Source: Alphaproteobacteria bacterium (GTDB lineage: Bacteria > Pseudomonadota > Alphaproteobacteria > Rs-D84). Taken from it: 64,000 nt of DNA. The notes beneath the pieces were generated by a model. That model had not been told where the DNA came from and did no database searches. It saw nothing but the letters and a program-made list of their open reading frames with translations. The stretch is taken from positions 65,857 to 129,856 of the forward strand of contig WQXN01000001.1 of assembly GCA_009784815.1 (NCBI GenBank), written 5' to 3'. The translations under genes were made by a program, and so were the position numbers. Numbering within the stretch: position 1 is the first letter of the stretch; each line of letters opens with the position of its first letter. Below, piece by piece: positions 26,077-36,146 of the stretch.

Positions 26077-26788
26077 AAAACTTATTATATTCGCCGCATT
26101 GCTGGGCTTTGCCACGCCCGCTTACCCGACCGAAATAGATCTGGACGCGTTCGATACCGATGGGTCTGTGTTCCTTCGCATAACCGAGCTTGAACAGGAA
26201 AAAGTCCTGATGAGGCTTGAAAAAGAGCGCGCCCAGCTTGAACTGGACCTTAAGCGAATCGAGGTGGAAAGGCAACGCATCGCGGGCACCGTCCAAACCG
26301 CCTCGGCCGGTTCTGTCGCAGAACAGGTCGCGGCCGGAATCGAAGCCGAGCGTAAAAAGCTTGCGGCCGAGATGGACAAGATCAGAAAGCAGATGGAGGA
26401 TATGAGAAAAGCCGAAGCCGCGCCCGAGCGCGTTCAGGCTAGAACTGCCGCCCAGCCCGCGCCCGTCGAAGAAGACGAGCTGGATATATCTGATCTGTTT
26501 CGCATAATAAGCATTACCGGCAGCGATGGAAACCTTACCGCAAATATTGAAAACATTACCACCGGACAGCGCCGCAGATTGGGCGCCGGACGGTCGATAG
26601 ATGGGTTTAAAATAGTTTCCGTATCGGCCGACGACGGGGTGGTGTTCGAACTGGACGGCGAGCAGTTTCCTCTTGGGCTGATACAAAACGCTAGGCCCGT
26701 TTTGGCTGCCCCCGCCGTGTCAAGGCCCGCGCCAACTGCCGCCGCGGCGCCCGCCGCAACCGGACCTGCCGCCAGACAGGAAAGATAA
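26066..26788 (+). CDS. PilP-like periplasmic protein (signal peptide, coiled coil, C-terminal beta domain)
   Basis: MQNKKLIIFAALLGFATPAYP, then a charged coiled coil, then ITGSDGNLTANIENITTGQRRRLGAGRSIDGFKIVSVSADDGVVFE, which resembles the PilP/GspC HR-type domain. Confidence 0.55.
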   Translation: MQNKKLIIFAALLGFATPAYPTEIDLDAFDTDGSVFLRITELEQEKVLMRLEKERAQLELDLKRIEVERQRIAGTVQTASAGSVAEQVAAGIEAERKKLAAEMDKIRKQMEDMRKAEAAPERVQARTAAQPAPVEEDELDISDLFRIISITGSDGNLTANIENITTGQRRRLGAGRSIDGFKIVSVSADDGVVFELDGEQFPLGLIQNARPVLAAPAVSRPAPTAAAAPAATGPAARQER

Positions 26789-28417
26789 ATGGCGCAGAAC
26801 ATCGGAAATTTTTCAAAAGATTCGCAAAATTCCGTTCCGGGTAACGTTGGAAACATGGATTCCAAAAAAATAGTGGATTTCCTGTTCGCAGAAAACAACC
26901 AGCTTTTGACCGGATTCAAAGGACGGCTGGAACTTCCCAAAGACACTCAGAATCTGGTCGCGTATTTCCTGGGCGGAGAATTGGTTATATCCCGCACCCA
27001 CAAGTTCGACGGCCGGGTGCTGGCTTTCGTTTCCCTTATTCAGCGCGAAAATCTTCCGCTTAAAGAGCCTTTCTACAGCGATCTTGGATTGTTGTCTGCG
27101 ATTTACAAGTATGGCGATGAAAAACTTGGCACAGAGGTGGCGAAATCCCGCCTTGATTACGACAACCAGATGCAGAAGGATTTCGTCGACATAGTCGCGC
27201 GTGCGTCTGCCATTAAAGTTTCTGACATACATATCGAAGTTGCGAACCACACCACGATTTATTTCCGCCGTGACGGAGGAATGCAAACCGTCCTTGAATA
27301 CAGCGCCGCATGGGGAGAGAGTTTTATCCGTGCCGCCTTCGCTTCCGCCGATATTTCAAGCAGCAACTACGCCAAAAACGAATATCAGTCCGCGCAGAAG
27401 GACGGCCGCACTCCGCTTCGCGGCACGAAAGACCTTTACCTTCCCGCGGGCGTTCTTGGTATCCGTATGCAGTTCAGTCCGATCGCCTTCGGATCGCGCT
27501 ATGTCGTCATGCGCCTGTTGTACGAAAACCCTACCGATGGAATCAGAATCGAACAGGAGTTCACAGAATACGAACAAAGAATCCTGGCGCGCCTAAGGTC
27601 TTTCCCGACGGGCCTTGTGGTTGTGGCGGGACCTACCAGCAGCGGAAAATCCACCACGCTTTTTCAGAACATGACATTGATGCTACGCGAGCGGGATTAC
27701 GAAATAAACCTGATAACCGTCGAAGATCCGGCCGAACGCAAAATCTTCGGCGCCCGCCAGATGCCGGTTGTGAACGCCGGTACCGAAGAGGCGCGCGACG
27801 AAAAATTTACCGAAGCTTTGGCTTCGGCCCTTCGTTCCGATCCGGACGTTCTTATGGTCGGAGAAATCAGGACCCTGTCGGTCGCGGCTCTGACGCTTAA
27901 GGGCGCGCTGTCCGGTCATTTGGTTTGGACTACATTGCACGCCAATTCCGCGCTTGGTTCGCTGACCCGTCTTATCGATATGGGCATCGAGGCCTTTAAA
28001 TTGAAAGACGAAACTATGATGAGGGGGCTGATGTCCATGAGGCTTTTCAAGACGCTTTGCCCCCACTGTCGCGAGCCGATTGCGCGCCATCCGGACACAA
28101 AGATCTATTCGCGCGTTTTGGACTATTTCGGCGAGATCGGCTTGGCGCAGATCTTTATCAAAGGCCGGGGCTGCGAGCAGTGCGGCGGAAAAGGCACCGT
28201 AGGCCGGGTCAAAGCCGGCGAGATAGTGCTGACCGACGCCAAACTTCTTGAGATGATGACGAATGGCGACAAGGCGGCCGCGTTCGCGTATTGGCTTGAA
28301 AAGCAGGGCGGGCGCACTTTGAAGGAAGCCGCGTCCGAATTGATGTTAAGGGGGCGCGTCGGGGCCGACGAACTGGAACGATGGGTCGGCCTGATCGACC
28401 AGCCGACCGTTTATTAG
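26789..28417 (+). CDS. GspE/PilB-family assembly ATPase (R64 PilQ type)
   Basis: Walker A GPTSSGKST, Asp box ITVEDPAE, Walker B DPDVLMVGEIR, His box GHLVWTTLHAN, tetracysteine CPHC...CEQCGGKG. Confidence 0.9.
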   Translation: MAQNIGNFSKDSQNSVPGNVGNMDSKKIVDFLFAENNQLLTGFKGRLELPKDTQNLVAYFLGGELVISRTHKFDGRVLAFVSLIQRENLPLKEPFYSDLGLLSAIYKYGDEKLGTEVAKSRLDYDNQMQKDFVDIVARASAIKVSDIHIEVANHTTIYFRRDGGMQTVLEYSAAWGESFIRAAFASADISSSNYAKNEYQSAQKDGRTPLRGTKDLYLPAGVLGIRMQFSPIAFGSRYVVMRLLYENPTDGIRIEQEFTEYEQRILARLRSFPTGLVVVAGPTSSGKSTTLFQNMTLMLRERDYEINLITVEDPAERKIFGARQMPVVNAGTEEARDEKFTEALASALRSDPDVLMVGEIRTLSVAALTLKGALSGHLVWTTLHANSALGSLTRLIDMGIEAFKLKDETMMRGLMSMRLFKTLCPHCREPIARHPDTKIYSRVLDYFGEIGLAQIFIKGRGCEQCGGKGTVGRVKAGEIVLTDAKLLEMMTNGDKAAAFAYWLEKQGGRTLKEAASELMLRGRVGADELERWVGLIDQPTVY

Positions 28418-28426
28418 AGGTGAATT

Positions 28427-29500
28427 GTGGCGACTAAACTGGATATTATTTATTCAAAATTCATGTTCAAGCTGGACACCGACAAAAGGCTTGGGTCCTA
28501 TAGAAAATTATCCAGCCTGCTGCGGAACGACTTCACTTTGACCGAAGCTTTGATCCGGCTGGAAGCTATAGAAAGCCGGGACGGAAAAAAACCGAACGAG
28601 CCTTTTGCTATAGCGTTCCGCGAATGGCAGGCCAAACTTGAGCGAGGATATACTTTTTCCGAAGCCATATCCGGCTGGGCAAGCGAGGTGGAAATTTTAA
28701 TGCTTTCGTCTTCCGATATATCCAAGCTTTGGATCGCTCTGGACAACACCGTCCGCATAGTGGAGGGAAGCAGAAAAATCCGAAACGCTTTGGTGTCCGC
28801 TATTACTTATCCCATGTTCCTGCTTGCCGCTACTTTCGCGATCATAATAATGGTCGGAGTCTATTTGCTTCCGCCTATGCTCGAGGCCGCGGGTCGCGAC
28901 GTCGTATGGCGCGGCACCGCGCGAAGCTTGGTGGCAACATCGCGGTTCTTTGGTGATAATTGGATCATAATGCTTGCGGCATTCGTTTTTGCTTCGGTTA
29001 TTATCGGTTATTCCATGCCTTTGTTCCGCGGGCGGATTCGCGCTTTGTTCGACAATGTTCCGCCTTGGTCGCTTTACAAAGTGTCCGCAAGCGCCGGATG
29101 GTTGGTAAGTCTTGCGTCCCTGATCAAGGCGGGCGCAAGTTTGCCCGAAGCGCTTAAAATGATGTCTGGAAATTCCAACAAATACTTGGCTGACGTGTCG
29201 GACCGCGCGCTTGAAGGCGTGATAGCGGGGCAAAATCTGGGCGATGCGCTGGACGTGGCGGGCCTGCATTTCCCGAACGACGAGATTATCGGAGATCTTA
29301 AAATCTATGCCGAAATGGACGAGTTCGACAAAAACCTTATGAATGTCGCGACCGAATATATGGACGGATCGGTAACGCGGATCGAGTCGGCCGCAAGCGT
29401 TCTAAACTCGGTCGGCATACTGCTGATCTCGGTCGTGATAGCCTGGGTCGTATTCGGAACTTTCGAAATGCAGGACCAGGTGGCCGCCGCTATTTCCTGA
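28427..29500 (+). CDS. GspF/PilC-family inner-membrane platform protein (R64 PilR type)
   Basis: 357 aa, GTG start, three TM segments and two cytoplasmic helical repeats (...EALIRLEA..., ...LPEALKMMSG...). Confidence 0.8.
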   Translation: MATKLDIIYSKFMFKLDTDKRLGSYRKLSSLLRNDFTLTEALIRLEAIESRDGKKPNEPFAIAFREWQAKLERGYTFSEAISGWASEVEILMLSSSDISKLWIALDNTVRIVEGSRKIRNALVSAITYPMFLLAATFAIIIMVGVYLLPPMLEAAGRDVVWRGTARSLVATSRFFGDNWIIMLAAFVFASVIIGYSMPLFRGRIRALFDNVPPWSLYKVSASAGWLVSLASLIKAGASLPEALKMMSGNSNKYLADVSDRALEGVIAGQNLGDALDVAGLHFPNDEIIGDLKIYAEMDEFDKNLMNVATEYMDGSVTRIESAASVLNSVGILLISVVIAWVVFGTFEMQDQVAAAIS

Positions 29501-29792
29501 TTTTTAATAAATAGACTCCCGAGGAATAGGTAAAGGATTTTATTAAATGCGCGATCGATGGATGCTCAAGCCATAGGGGAAATTCTCTGCGGATTACTCC
29601 GGTGCCGCGTTTCGGGTCGCCGACTCCGGTGATGAACTTGATTGCGCCGCAGCCGTCGGATGATGAGGATTTTATTAAAGCGATCACCGTATTGAATGCG
29701 TCCATAGAAGTTTTTCCGTGCAGGTCGATCGTTTTGTCCGCGCGCAATTTTCGAATATCGGGAGCGGCCAAGCGGCGCTTCATTTTCGTCAT
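29490..29792 (-). CDS. Smr-domain protein
   Basis: DLHGKTSMDAF...IKFITGVGDP...GVIRREFPLWLEH. ATGA-type overlap with the asmA-like gene upstream. Confidence 0.8.
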   Translation of the reverse strand: MTKMKRRLAAPDIRKLRADKTIDLHGKTSMDAFNTVIALIKSSSSDGCGAIKFITGVGDPKRGTGVIRREFPLWLEHPSIAHLIKSFTYSSGVYLLKIRK

Positions 29793-32302
29793 CGGTTTAG
29801 CATCGCGCGGATATAGTCGGGATTGATTGAACGAGAGGCCGAATCCAGATCAAAGGTTGGTCCGGTCTTTGTCAGTATAACATCCAGCGGCGCCGGATTT
29901 ACGGTCGCGTTTCGGAATAAAACCGAAATCGAAGTGTCCTCCGTCCCGATCCACCCGCTTATGGACGCATTGTCCGATCTTAGCTGAAACGGGGCGGCGG
30001 AAGTAATTTCGGAACCGTTAATCCTTACCGGAATATTCATGATCCTGATCGGCATTTGGGCGTTAGGCGCGAATGCGGCGTTCACAAAATCGACTAGATT
30101 TCCACGCGATATGGACGGATTGAATATTGCGCGCGTGTCTATGCCGCGGACTGTTCCGCCTTCGAAATTAAGGTCCGCCGTACCCTCCATATTGTTCCAT
30201 ATATCATGCGCGATCAGCCCAAATGTGGTAATCAAGGCCTCTCCAGAAAGCTGTGTATTTCCTATATCTATTCCGGCAAATCTATTCAAAAAGCCGGGTA
30301 TTTGGAAGCGCGATGCTTTGACCGAAATCGTGTAATCCGCTCCTCCGCGGCGTTGTATTTCGATCAGCAATTGACCGTTTGATCCGTCTGTTACGGATAT
30401 TCTCTGTACATTGCCGGTTTTGGAATAGATCATGTTTCCATACTCGCGGCCTTTGAATGTCACCCGGTCTGCCGTTATGGAAAAGTCCTTATCTATTCTG
30501 AAAAGCGCGGCTATGGGATCGTTGTGAAGAAACTGCAGTCGTTCATAATCCGTCCGCCATGCCGGGCTTATAATCTTGTCCAGATCAAGGTTCGCAGTGC
30601 GAAGATCGTTCGCCGGGCCGGTTATTGTTTGATCTCCTATATCGAATTGCATATTGATGCTGTTCCTGATACGTGTCGCCGCGAAGGGCAAGTCCTGCAT
30701 TATGAAGCCTGAATCGAATCCGCCCCATATCAAAGGAATGGCTCTGGCTAGATTTCTGCCTTGAAAATGGAAATGTTCGGTGGCCAATTGCAGATAAAGG
30801 CCTTCGTCTTTTCTGCCTATTTGAAGTTTTTCCGGAATGACTTCCGCGACTTTGCCTTCAGAATATACCGGTTCGGAAATAAAGGCTAAGGTGTGGCCGC
30901 GAAGTCGTTCGCGCAGCGCGGAGGGGATCTTGTCTATGATCGGCATAGAAAACGGAATGTCGCGTATCCTTGCGTTCTCGGAACTGAATCTTTTTTGATC
31001 GCCCGTGCGTTCGAATATTGTCGGATTTTCACCGGGGAATATTATGAACAATCGGGTGCCCGGCTTTATATTGGCGTTTCCGCCAAGCGATTTTATTATC
31101 CCGGATTTATCCGATCCGGAATAATCTTTTATCGAAATCAAAAGGTCGTCCGGGCTGTGGTCCCGCCCGCCCAAAAACACGGCGTTGCCCGATATTCGCC
31201 AAGCCTGGGTCGTTATCGACAGATCGTCGCATTTCCAGTTATCCGAACGGAACTTGCCGGTAAGGGTGCAGCGGAACGACGCGGGTTCGGCTATCCCGAT
31301 TATGTCTTGCGCGTTTACCTTATGAAGGGATATTAAAAGTCCGTGCGGCACGCCGTCTATTATATGTCCGCGGGCGCGCAGCTGGAACCCGTCGCCTATA
31401 AATTCGGCGCGGGTTATTTCGTCTTGATTGGTTTCAATAAGTACCCGCCTTACATCCCGTCCGCGGAACTTAAATTTGCCTTCTCCCTCGACCCGCAGTA
31501 TTTTTTTTGCCAGATCGGTGCTGTAAAGTTCGTCAAGATTGCCTTCTGTGACCATGATGTTAATCTTGTCCGCTCCGTGATGAGGGACCGACATACTGCC
31601 GGTTAAAATGGCGTCGCTTGCGAATAACGACATCGAATTAAATTCCAGTCCGGCCATACCACATACGAAATCCGTAGATATTGCCCAGGGCCGCGCCGCG
31701 CTTTCCCCAAAACTGAAACCGAAACCGTTTATCCATTCTTCTAGGTTCGGAAACGATCCGTTGAATTGGCCCTTAGCCTCGATAGAATTTCCTATGATCC
31801 TATATTCCGCTTTGGTTTTTAGCGAAAGGCTGGGAGCTTCGATTATGGCGATGCCGTCTTTTATATTTGCAATGTATCTTCGCCCTTGATGCTGGAAGCT
31901 GCCTCGGAATGCTTTGCCGTTAAGACTTGCTCGGCCGTTGATTGAAGCAAAGGTTTGTCCGCGTATGCTGGCTGTTCCTTCTCGTACTGATACTGCGTCT
32001 GGAACCGAGATCATGTTGGGCTGAAACAGGTACCTTAGCCTTATGGGGAATTGTACGCTGTCCGCTTTCGCCTTGATCATGTCGGATCTGATTTCCAAGT
32101 CGTGCGCGCGAAGAACCGGCCTTGGCGCCAGGATTATTTTAACCGGACCCGAGATTTTAGCATTGTTTCCTATTCTTGCCTCGATCCCCGGCTTTAGGTA
32201 CGAAAAATCCGTTAATGCCGGGAAAATAATTATCCCGACGGCGGCTATTGCGGCGACCAGCGTCGTAAACCAGATGATTCGGGCCTTAAATTTACGTTTC
32301 AT
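29789..32302 (-). CDS. AsmA-family outer-membrane biogenesis protein (837 aa)
   Basis: N-terminal anchor IIWFTTLVAAIAAVGIIIF followed by ...LTDFSYLKPGIEARIG...ISGPVKIILAPRPVLRAHDLEI. The rest is a long beta-rich body. Confidence 0.7.
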   Translation of the reverse strand: MKRKFKARIIWFTTLVAAIAAVGIIIFPALTDFSYLKPGIEARIGNNAKISGPVKIILAPRPVLRAHDLEIRSDMIKAKADSVQFPIRLRYLFQPNMISVPDAVSVREGTASIRGQTFASINGRASLNGKAFRGSFQHQGRRYIANIKDGIAIIEAPSLSLKTKAEYRIIGNSIEAKGQFNGSFPNLEEWINGFGFSFGESAARPWAISTDFVCGMAGLEFNSMSLFASDAILTGSMSVPHHGADKINIMVTEGNLDELYSTDLAKKILRVEGEGKFKFRGRDVRRVLIETNQDEITRAEFIGDGFQLRARGHIIDGVPHGLLISLHKVNAQDIIGIAEPASFRCTLTGKFRSDNWKCDDLSITTQAWRISGNAVFLGGRDHSPDDLLISIKDYSGSDKSGIIKSLGGNANIKPGTRLFIIFPGENPTIFERTGDQKRFSSENARIRDIPFSMPIIDKIPSALRERLRGHTLAFISEPVYSEGKVAEVIPEKLQIGRKDEGLYLQLATEHFHFQGRNLARAIPLIWGGFDSGFIMQDLPFAATRIRNSINMQFDIGDQTITGPANDLRTANLDLDKIISPAWRTDYERLQFLHNDPIAALFRIDKDFSITADRVTFKGREYGNMIYSKTGNVQRISVTDGSNGQLLIEIQRRGGADYTISVKASRFQIPGFLNRFAGIDIGNTQLSGEALITTFGLIAHDIWNNMEGTADLNFEGGTVRGIDTRAIFNPSISRGNLVDFVNAAFAPNAQMPIRIMNIPVRINGSEITSAAPFQLRSDNASISGWIGTEDTSISVLFRNATVNPAPLDVILTKTGPTFDLDSASRSINPDYIRAMLNR

Positions 32303-32431
32303 TTTCTTTCTTTTCTATTTGGGGCCCCCATGCCGAGCAAGCGTAGCGCAGTGCAGGTATGGGGAGTTTTCCTCTCTCTCACTTGATTAATCATTATAAC
32401 ACATTACTATATGTAGGAAAAAGGAATAACT

Positions 32432-34405
32432 ATGTTTAAACTGGAATCTAATTTCAAGCCCATGGGGGATCAGCCCGCTGCTATCAGGGAACTTAACGAA
32501 GGCCTTGCGCGCGGCAGGCGCGACCAGACCCTTCTTGGAGTCACGGGATCGGGCAAAACCTTCACTATGGCGAATGTGATCGCTAACACGGGCAGGCCGA
32601 CCCTTATCATGGCTCCGAACAAGATTTTGGCCGCCCAGCTTTTTACCGAGATGAAGTCGTTCTTCCCAAAAAACCACGTCGAGTATTTTGTGTCCTATTA
32701 CGACTATTACCAGCCCGAGGCTTATGTGCCGACAACCGACACTTACATAGACAAGGACGCCGCCATAAACGACCAGCTGGAGCGTATGCGCCATTCGGCC
32801 ACCAGGTCCCTTCTTGAATACCGGGATACGATAGTCGTGTCTTCGGTGTCTTCTATTTACGGCCTTGGGGACCCGGCTGAATATAAGGCCATGTGCCGCA
32901 CGTTCAGGGTGGGTCAAAATATCCCCATGATGACCATGCTGCTGGAACTTGTGGCTCTGCATTACAAGCGCAACGATATAGGATTTTCGCGCGGGGACTT
33001 TCAAGTTTCGGGCGACAGTATACAAATTTTCCCGCCCCATTCCGAGGATAGGGTAATCAGGCTATCCTTCTTCGGGGATGAGATAGAATCAATATCCGAG
33101 ATCGACAGTTTAACCGGCAAAATAATTCAAAAAGCCGGACACATATCCCTTTATCCCAACAGCCATTACGCGACTGAAACTTCGATCATTACCAACGCCA
33201 TAAAAGGCATAAGGCTGGAACTGGCCGACCGCCTGGCTTGGTTTGCGGATAATAAAAAACTGCTGGAAGAGCAGAGATTGAGAGAGCGCACCACCTTCGA
33301 TCTTGAGATGATGTCGGCGACCGGAACCTGCAAGGGGATCGAAAACTATTCGCGGTATCTGTCCGGCCGCGCTCCGGGGGAACCGCCTCCGACCCTGTTC
33401 GAATATCTGCCGAAAGACGCCCTGTTGTTTATAGACGAATCCCACGTGACCGTCCCTCAGATCGGAGCGATGTACAAGGGTGACAGGTCCCGTAAACAGA
33501 CCCTGGTCGATTACGGATTCCGCCTGCCAAGCGCGATGGATAACCGTCCGCTTAAATTCGAAGAATGGGACGTCATCCGGCCCGATACTATTTACGTGTC
33601 CGCGACCCCGAACGACTATGAGATAGGCCTGTCGAACGGAGTCGTGGCCGAGCAGGTGATCCGTCCTACCGGGCTTCTTGATCCCGAATGCGAAGTTCGT
33701 CCGACCGCTTCCCAGGTGGACGATCTTTTGGGCGAGATCAAAAAAATCAAGGGCAGGGTGCTGGTCACGACCCTTACCAAAAAAATGGCCGAACAGCTTA
33801 CCGAATATCTTTCCGAAAATGGCATCCGCGCGCGCTACCTTCATTCGGACGTCGAAACTTTAGAGCGTATCGAATTGATCAGGCAGCTTCGCGCCGGAGA
33901 GTATGATGTGCTGGTCGGAATCAACTTGCTTCGCGAGGGATTGGATATTCCCGAATGCGAACTGGTCGCGATAATGGACGCCGACAAGGAAGGATTTTTA
34001 AGATCGGCCAGATCTCTTATACAGACCATAGGACGCGCCGCGCGAAACGCCAAGGGCCGGGTGATACTTTATGCCGACAAGGTGACGAAAAGCATGGACG
34101 AGGCGTTAAGCGAAACCTCGCGTCGCCGCGCAAAGCAGGAGGCTTATAATAAAGAGCATAACATCAAACCGAAAACCATATCGAAAAACATCTTCGACAA
34201 GATCGGCGATGATATTAAGGACAAGAAGAAGACTGCGTACATCTATACTAAGAAGGGCGCGCTTAGCTCGGCCGACATAAGGAAAGAGATTGCCGCGCTT
34301 AATAAGCAGATGAAAAAACTGGCCGAGGATTTGGAGTTCGAGCGCGCCGGGGAAATACGCGACAGAATAAAATCTTTACAAGAAGATCTGTTGTATTTAG
34401 AATAG
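32432..34405 (+). CDS. uvrB: Excinuclease ABC subunit B
   Basis: [18 protein letters not shown], beta-hairpin [11 protein letters not shown]-terminal UVR motif [11 protein letters not shown]. Confidence 0.97.
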   Translation: MFKLESNFKPMGDQPAAIRELNEGLARGRRDQTLLGVTGSGKTFTMANVIANTGRPTLIMAPNKILAAQLFTEMKSFFPKNHVEYFVSYYDYYQPEAYVPTTDTYIDKDAAINDQLERMRHSATRSLLEYRDTIVVSSVSSIYGLGDPAEYKAMCRTFRVGQNIPMMTMLLELVALHYKRNDIGFSRGDFQVSGDSIQIFPPHSEDRVIRLSFFGDEIESISEIDSLTGKIIQKAGHISLYPNSHYATETSIITNAIKGIRLELADRLAWFADNKKLLEEQRLRERTTFDLEMMSATGTCKGIENYSRYLSGRAPGEPPPTLFEYLPKDALLFIDESHVTVPQIGAMYKGDRSRKQTLVDYGFRLPSAMDNRPLKFEEWDVIRPDTIYVSATPNDYEIGLSNGVVAEQVIRPTGLLDPECEVRPTASQVDDLLGEIKKIKGRVLVTTLTKKMAEQLTEYLSENGIRARYLHSDVETLERIELIRQLRAGEYDVLVGINLLREGLDIPECELVAIMDADKEGFLRSARSLIQTIGRAARNAKGRVILYADKVTKSMDEALSETSRRRAKQEAYNKEHNIKPKTISKNIFDKIGDDIKDKKKTAYIYTKKGALSSADIRKEIAALNKQMKKLAEDLEFERAGEIRDRIKSLQEDLLYLE

Positions 34406-34427
34406 TGTGCGGACAAAAGGATAAATT

Positions 34428-34622
34428 ATGCAGATGACAGCTGATTACTTCATCCAAATATTGGCGCCTTTGGCCAATATTCTTAATAGTTTGGAAGATC
34501 TTGTCGCTGATGCGGCGGCGCTGAATTCGCAGTTGGATCGTCGCGAAGAGCAATGGGCTGCCTGGTCGCTTTCTATCGATCAAAAAATAGCGGCCATAGA
34601 GCAACGAATGGCTACTTTATAA
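34428..34622 (+). CDS. Possible small helical protein (64 aa)
   Basis: AAAGGA RBS 7 nt upstream. Predicted coiled coil. Its 3' end overlaps the convergent M23 gene by 11 nt. No family recognised. Confidence 0.35.
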   Translation: MQMTADYFIQILAPLANILNSLEDLVADAAALNSQLDRREEQWAAWSLSIDQKIAAIEQRMATL

Positions 34623-35400
34623 AAAAGGCCGGGTCAAGGGCGATCTGATGCCAGTAGATGCCAAGGTGCAGATGCGGTCCGGATGAGCGTCCAGTATTCC
34701 CTACCGTGCCCAAAACCGTGTTGTATAAGACTTCATTCCCAACTTCAACTTTAATCTCATCCATATGGAAATAGGCCGAAATTATGCGATTTCCATGGTC
34801 TACGAAAACGGTTTTTCCAGTCAGATAAAAATCCCCGACCAGCACCACCGTGCCGGGTGCTATGGTGGTGAATTTAGTGCCGATTTCGCCCGCGAAATCA
34901 ATGCCGTTATGAGGTCGTCTTGGCTGGCCGTTGAATACGCGCCTTGCTCCGTATACGCTTGTAATTCTATGAGCTTCCAGCGGTAAGGGCGGCCGCGCTT
35001 CCATGAAAAACACTCCGTCGCTAAGCACGTCCCGCGCCGCGCGTATCGCGTCGTTTTCCTGGGCTATTCGTTTCGCTATATCGTCGGGCCAGGTTACGAA
35101 TCTTTCCGGTACTGTTACGTGCTGTTCCGGGTATTTTCTTAGGCCCACCGAGTATTCAAAGGTTTGACACGCTCCGAATATTCCTTTTTTGCAGAATTTT
35201 ATCGATACCTTTTCAGGCGCGTCCATGGCCAAGCCTATGGTGAACACCCCGTTGTTCGATACTCGTTTATTGTTGAAGTAAACGTTGTGCGTGTCCGATT
35301 CCCCGAACAGAATTCCGCCCTGTTCGGCTACCCCGCAAAGTTTGGGCGCGGCGGCTTGGATTCCCGCGATCATGCAAAGCGACAGGCTATATATCCTCAT
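34612..35400 (-). CDS. M23-family metallopeptidase
   Basis: Signal-like N-terminus. HxxxD motif in PHNGIDFAG and HxH motif in GPHLHLGIY. Confidence 0.85.
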   Translation of the reverse strand: MRIYSLSLCMIAGIQAAAPKLCGVAEQGGILFGESDTHNVYFNNKRVSNNGVFTIGLAMDAPEKVSIKFCKKGIFGACQTFEYSVGLRKYPEQHVTVPERFVTWPDDIAKRIAQENDAIRAARDVLSDGVFFMEARPPLPLEAHRITSVYGARRVFNGQPRRPHNGIDFAGEIGTKFTTIAPGTVVLVGDFYLTGKTVFVDHGNRIISAYFHMDEIKVEVGNEVLYNTVLGTVGNTGRSSGPHLHLGIYWHQIALDPAFFIK

Positions 35401-36100
35401 GAATCTCGGCCTTATAGTTTTTCATAAATTCCGGGCGCACTATCAGTCTTAGGCTTTTCATTCGTTCCGGCATCATTTTCTGCGTTAGTCTTAATATGTC
35501 TTCAAGCGGCTTGATGGCGCCCGCGGCCGCGCAGACCTCGATCCCCCAATTCCCCCATACCTGGTAATTTTGAAGGCTGTCCAAAAAGTTATAGTAATTC
35601 TGGTCCAGCGTTTTGATATTCTTTGCGATCAGCATGATATTGTCCGCGCGCACTTCGTTCAAGTGGTTGAACGCGTCCGTCCAGCCGTTGTAGGGTACGC
35701 CGTCCATGCCAAGCGCGACCGAGAGTTTTTTTCCGAAAAATATTTCGTCCTTTATGGCCGACAAATTATTGGACAAAGCTTCAAGGTCTTGAAATTTAAC
35801 GTATAGCTGGACTTCGTTCGCTCCGCGTTTTAATGGCGCCGCCATATCCCGTACCAAGTCCTGGAAGCTTGATTTATCGGAATTCCACGCAAGCAGCGCC
35901 GATACGGAAACGTCCGATTTTTCAAGCCAGCTCCAGACCGCTGGCACCGACGAGGCCGCCACGGAAATTCGCGGAATTTTGAACTGCGCCGCCAAGGCCG
36001 CGGCTTGAATCAGTTCTGACGCGTCCTCGGGGTTCCAGCAGCAAAGATCCAGATGCGCCCTAAGATCGGTCAAAGTTTGCGAGAAGTCCATTTGTTTCAT
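35387..36100 (-). CDS. Hypothetical protein (237 aa); faint DeoC/aldolase-like pattern
   Basis: ORF overlaps the downstream M23 gene by 14 nt. No convincing motif. Confidence 0.5.
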   Translation of the reverse strand: MKQMDFSQTLTDLRAHLDLCCWNPEDASELIQAAALAAQFKIPRISVAASSVPAVWSWLEKSDVSVSALLAWNSDKSSFQDLVRDMAAPLKRGANEVQLYVKFQDLEALSNNLSAIKDEIFFGKKLSVALGMDGVPYNGWTDAFNHLNEVRADNIMLIAKNIKTLDQNYYNFLDSLQNYQVWGNWGIEVCAAAGAIKPLEDILRLTQKMMPERMKSLRLIVRPEFMKNYKAEIHEDI

Positions 36101-36130
36101 TCATATATTATAGCAAATAGTTTTCTAATA

Positions 36131-36139
36131 TGCTATAAT
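36131..36139 (+). promoter_or_regulatory. Extended -10 element (TGcTATAAT) 7 nt upstream of the ATG at 36147
   Basis: TG at 36131-32, TATAAT at 36134-39. No SD in between, which implies a leaderless or near-leaderless mRNA. Confidence 0.4.
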
Positions 36140-36146
36140 ATCGTTG

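Noticed and set aside
32303-32431. Looked for an alphaproteobacterial SOS box (GTTC-N7-GTTC / GAAC-N7-GAAC) upstream of uvrB
   Set aside because: No GTTC/GAAC pair is present. Only a GGGGCCCC palindrome and a CCCCAT...ATGGGG inverted repeat of unclear meaning are seen.
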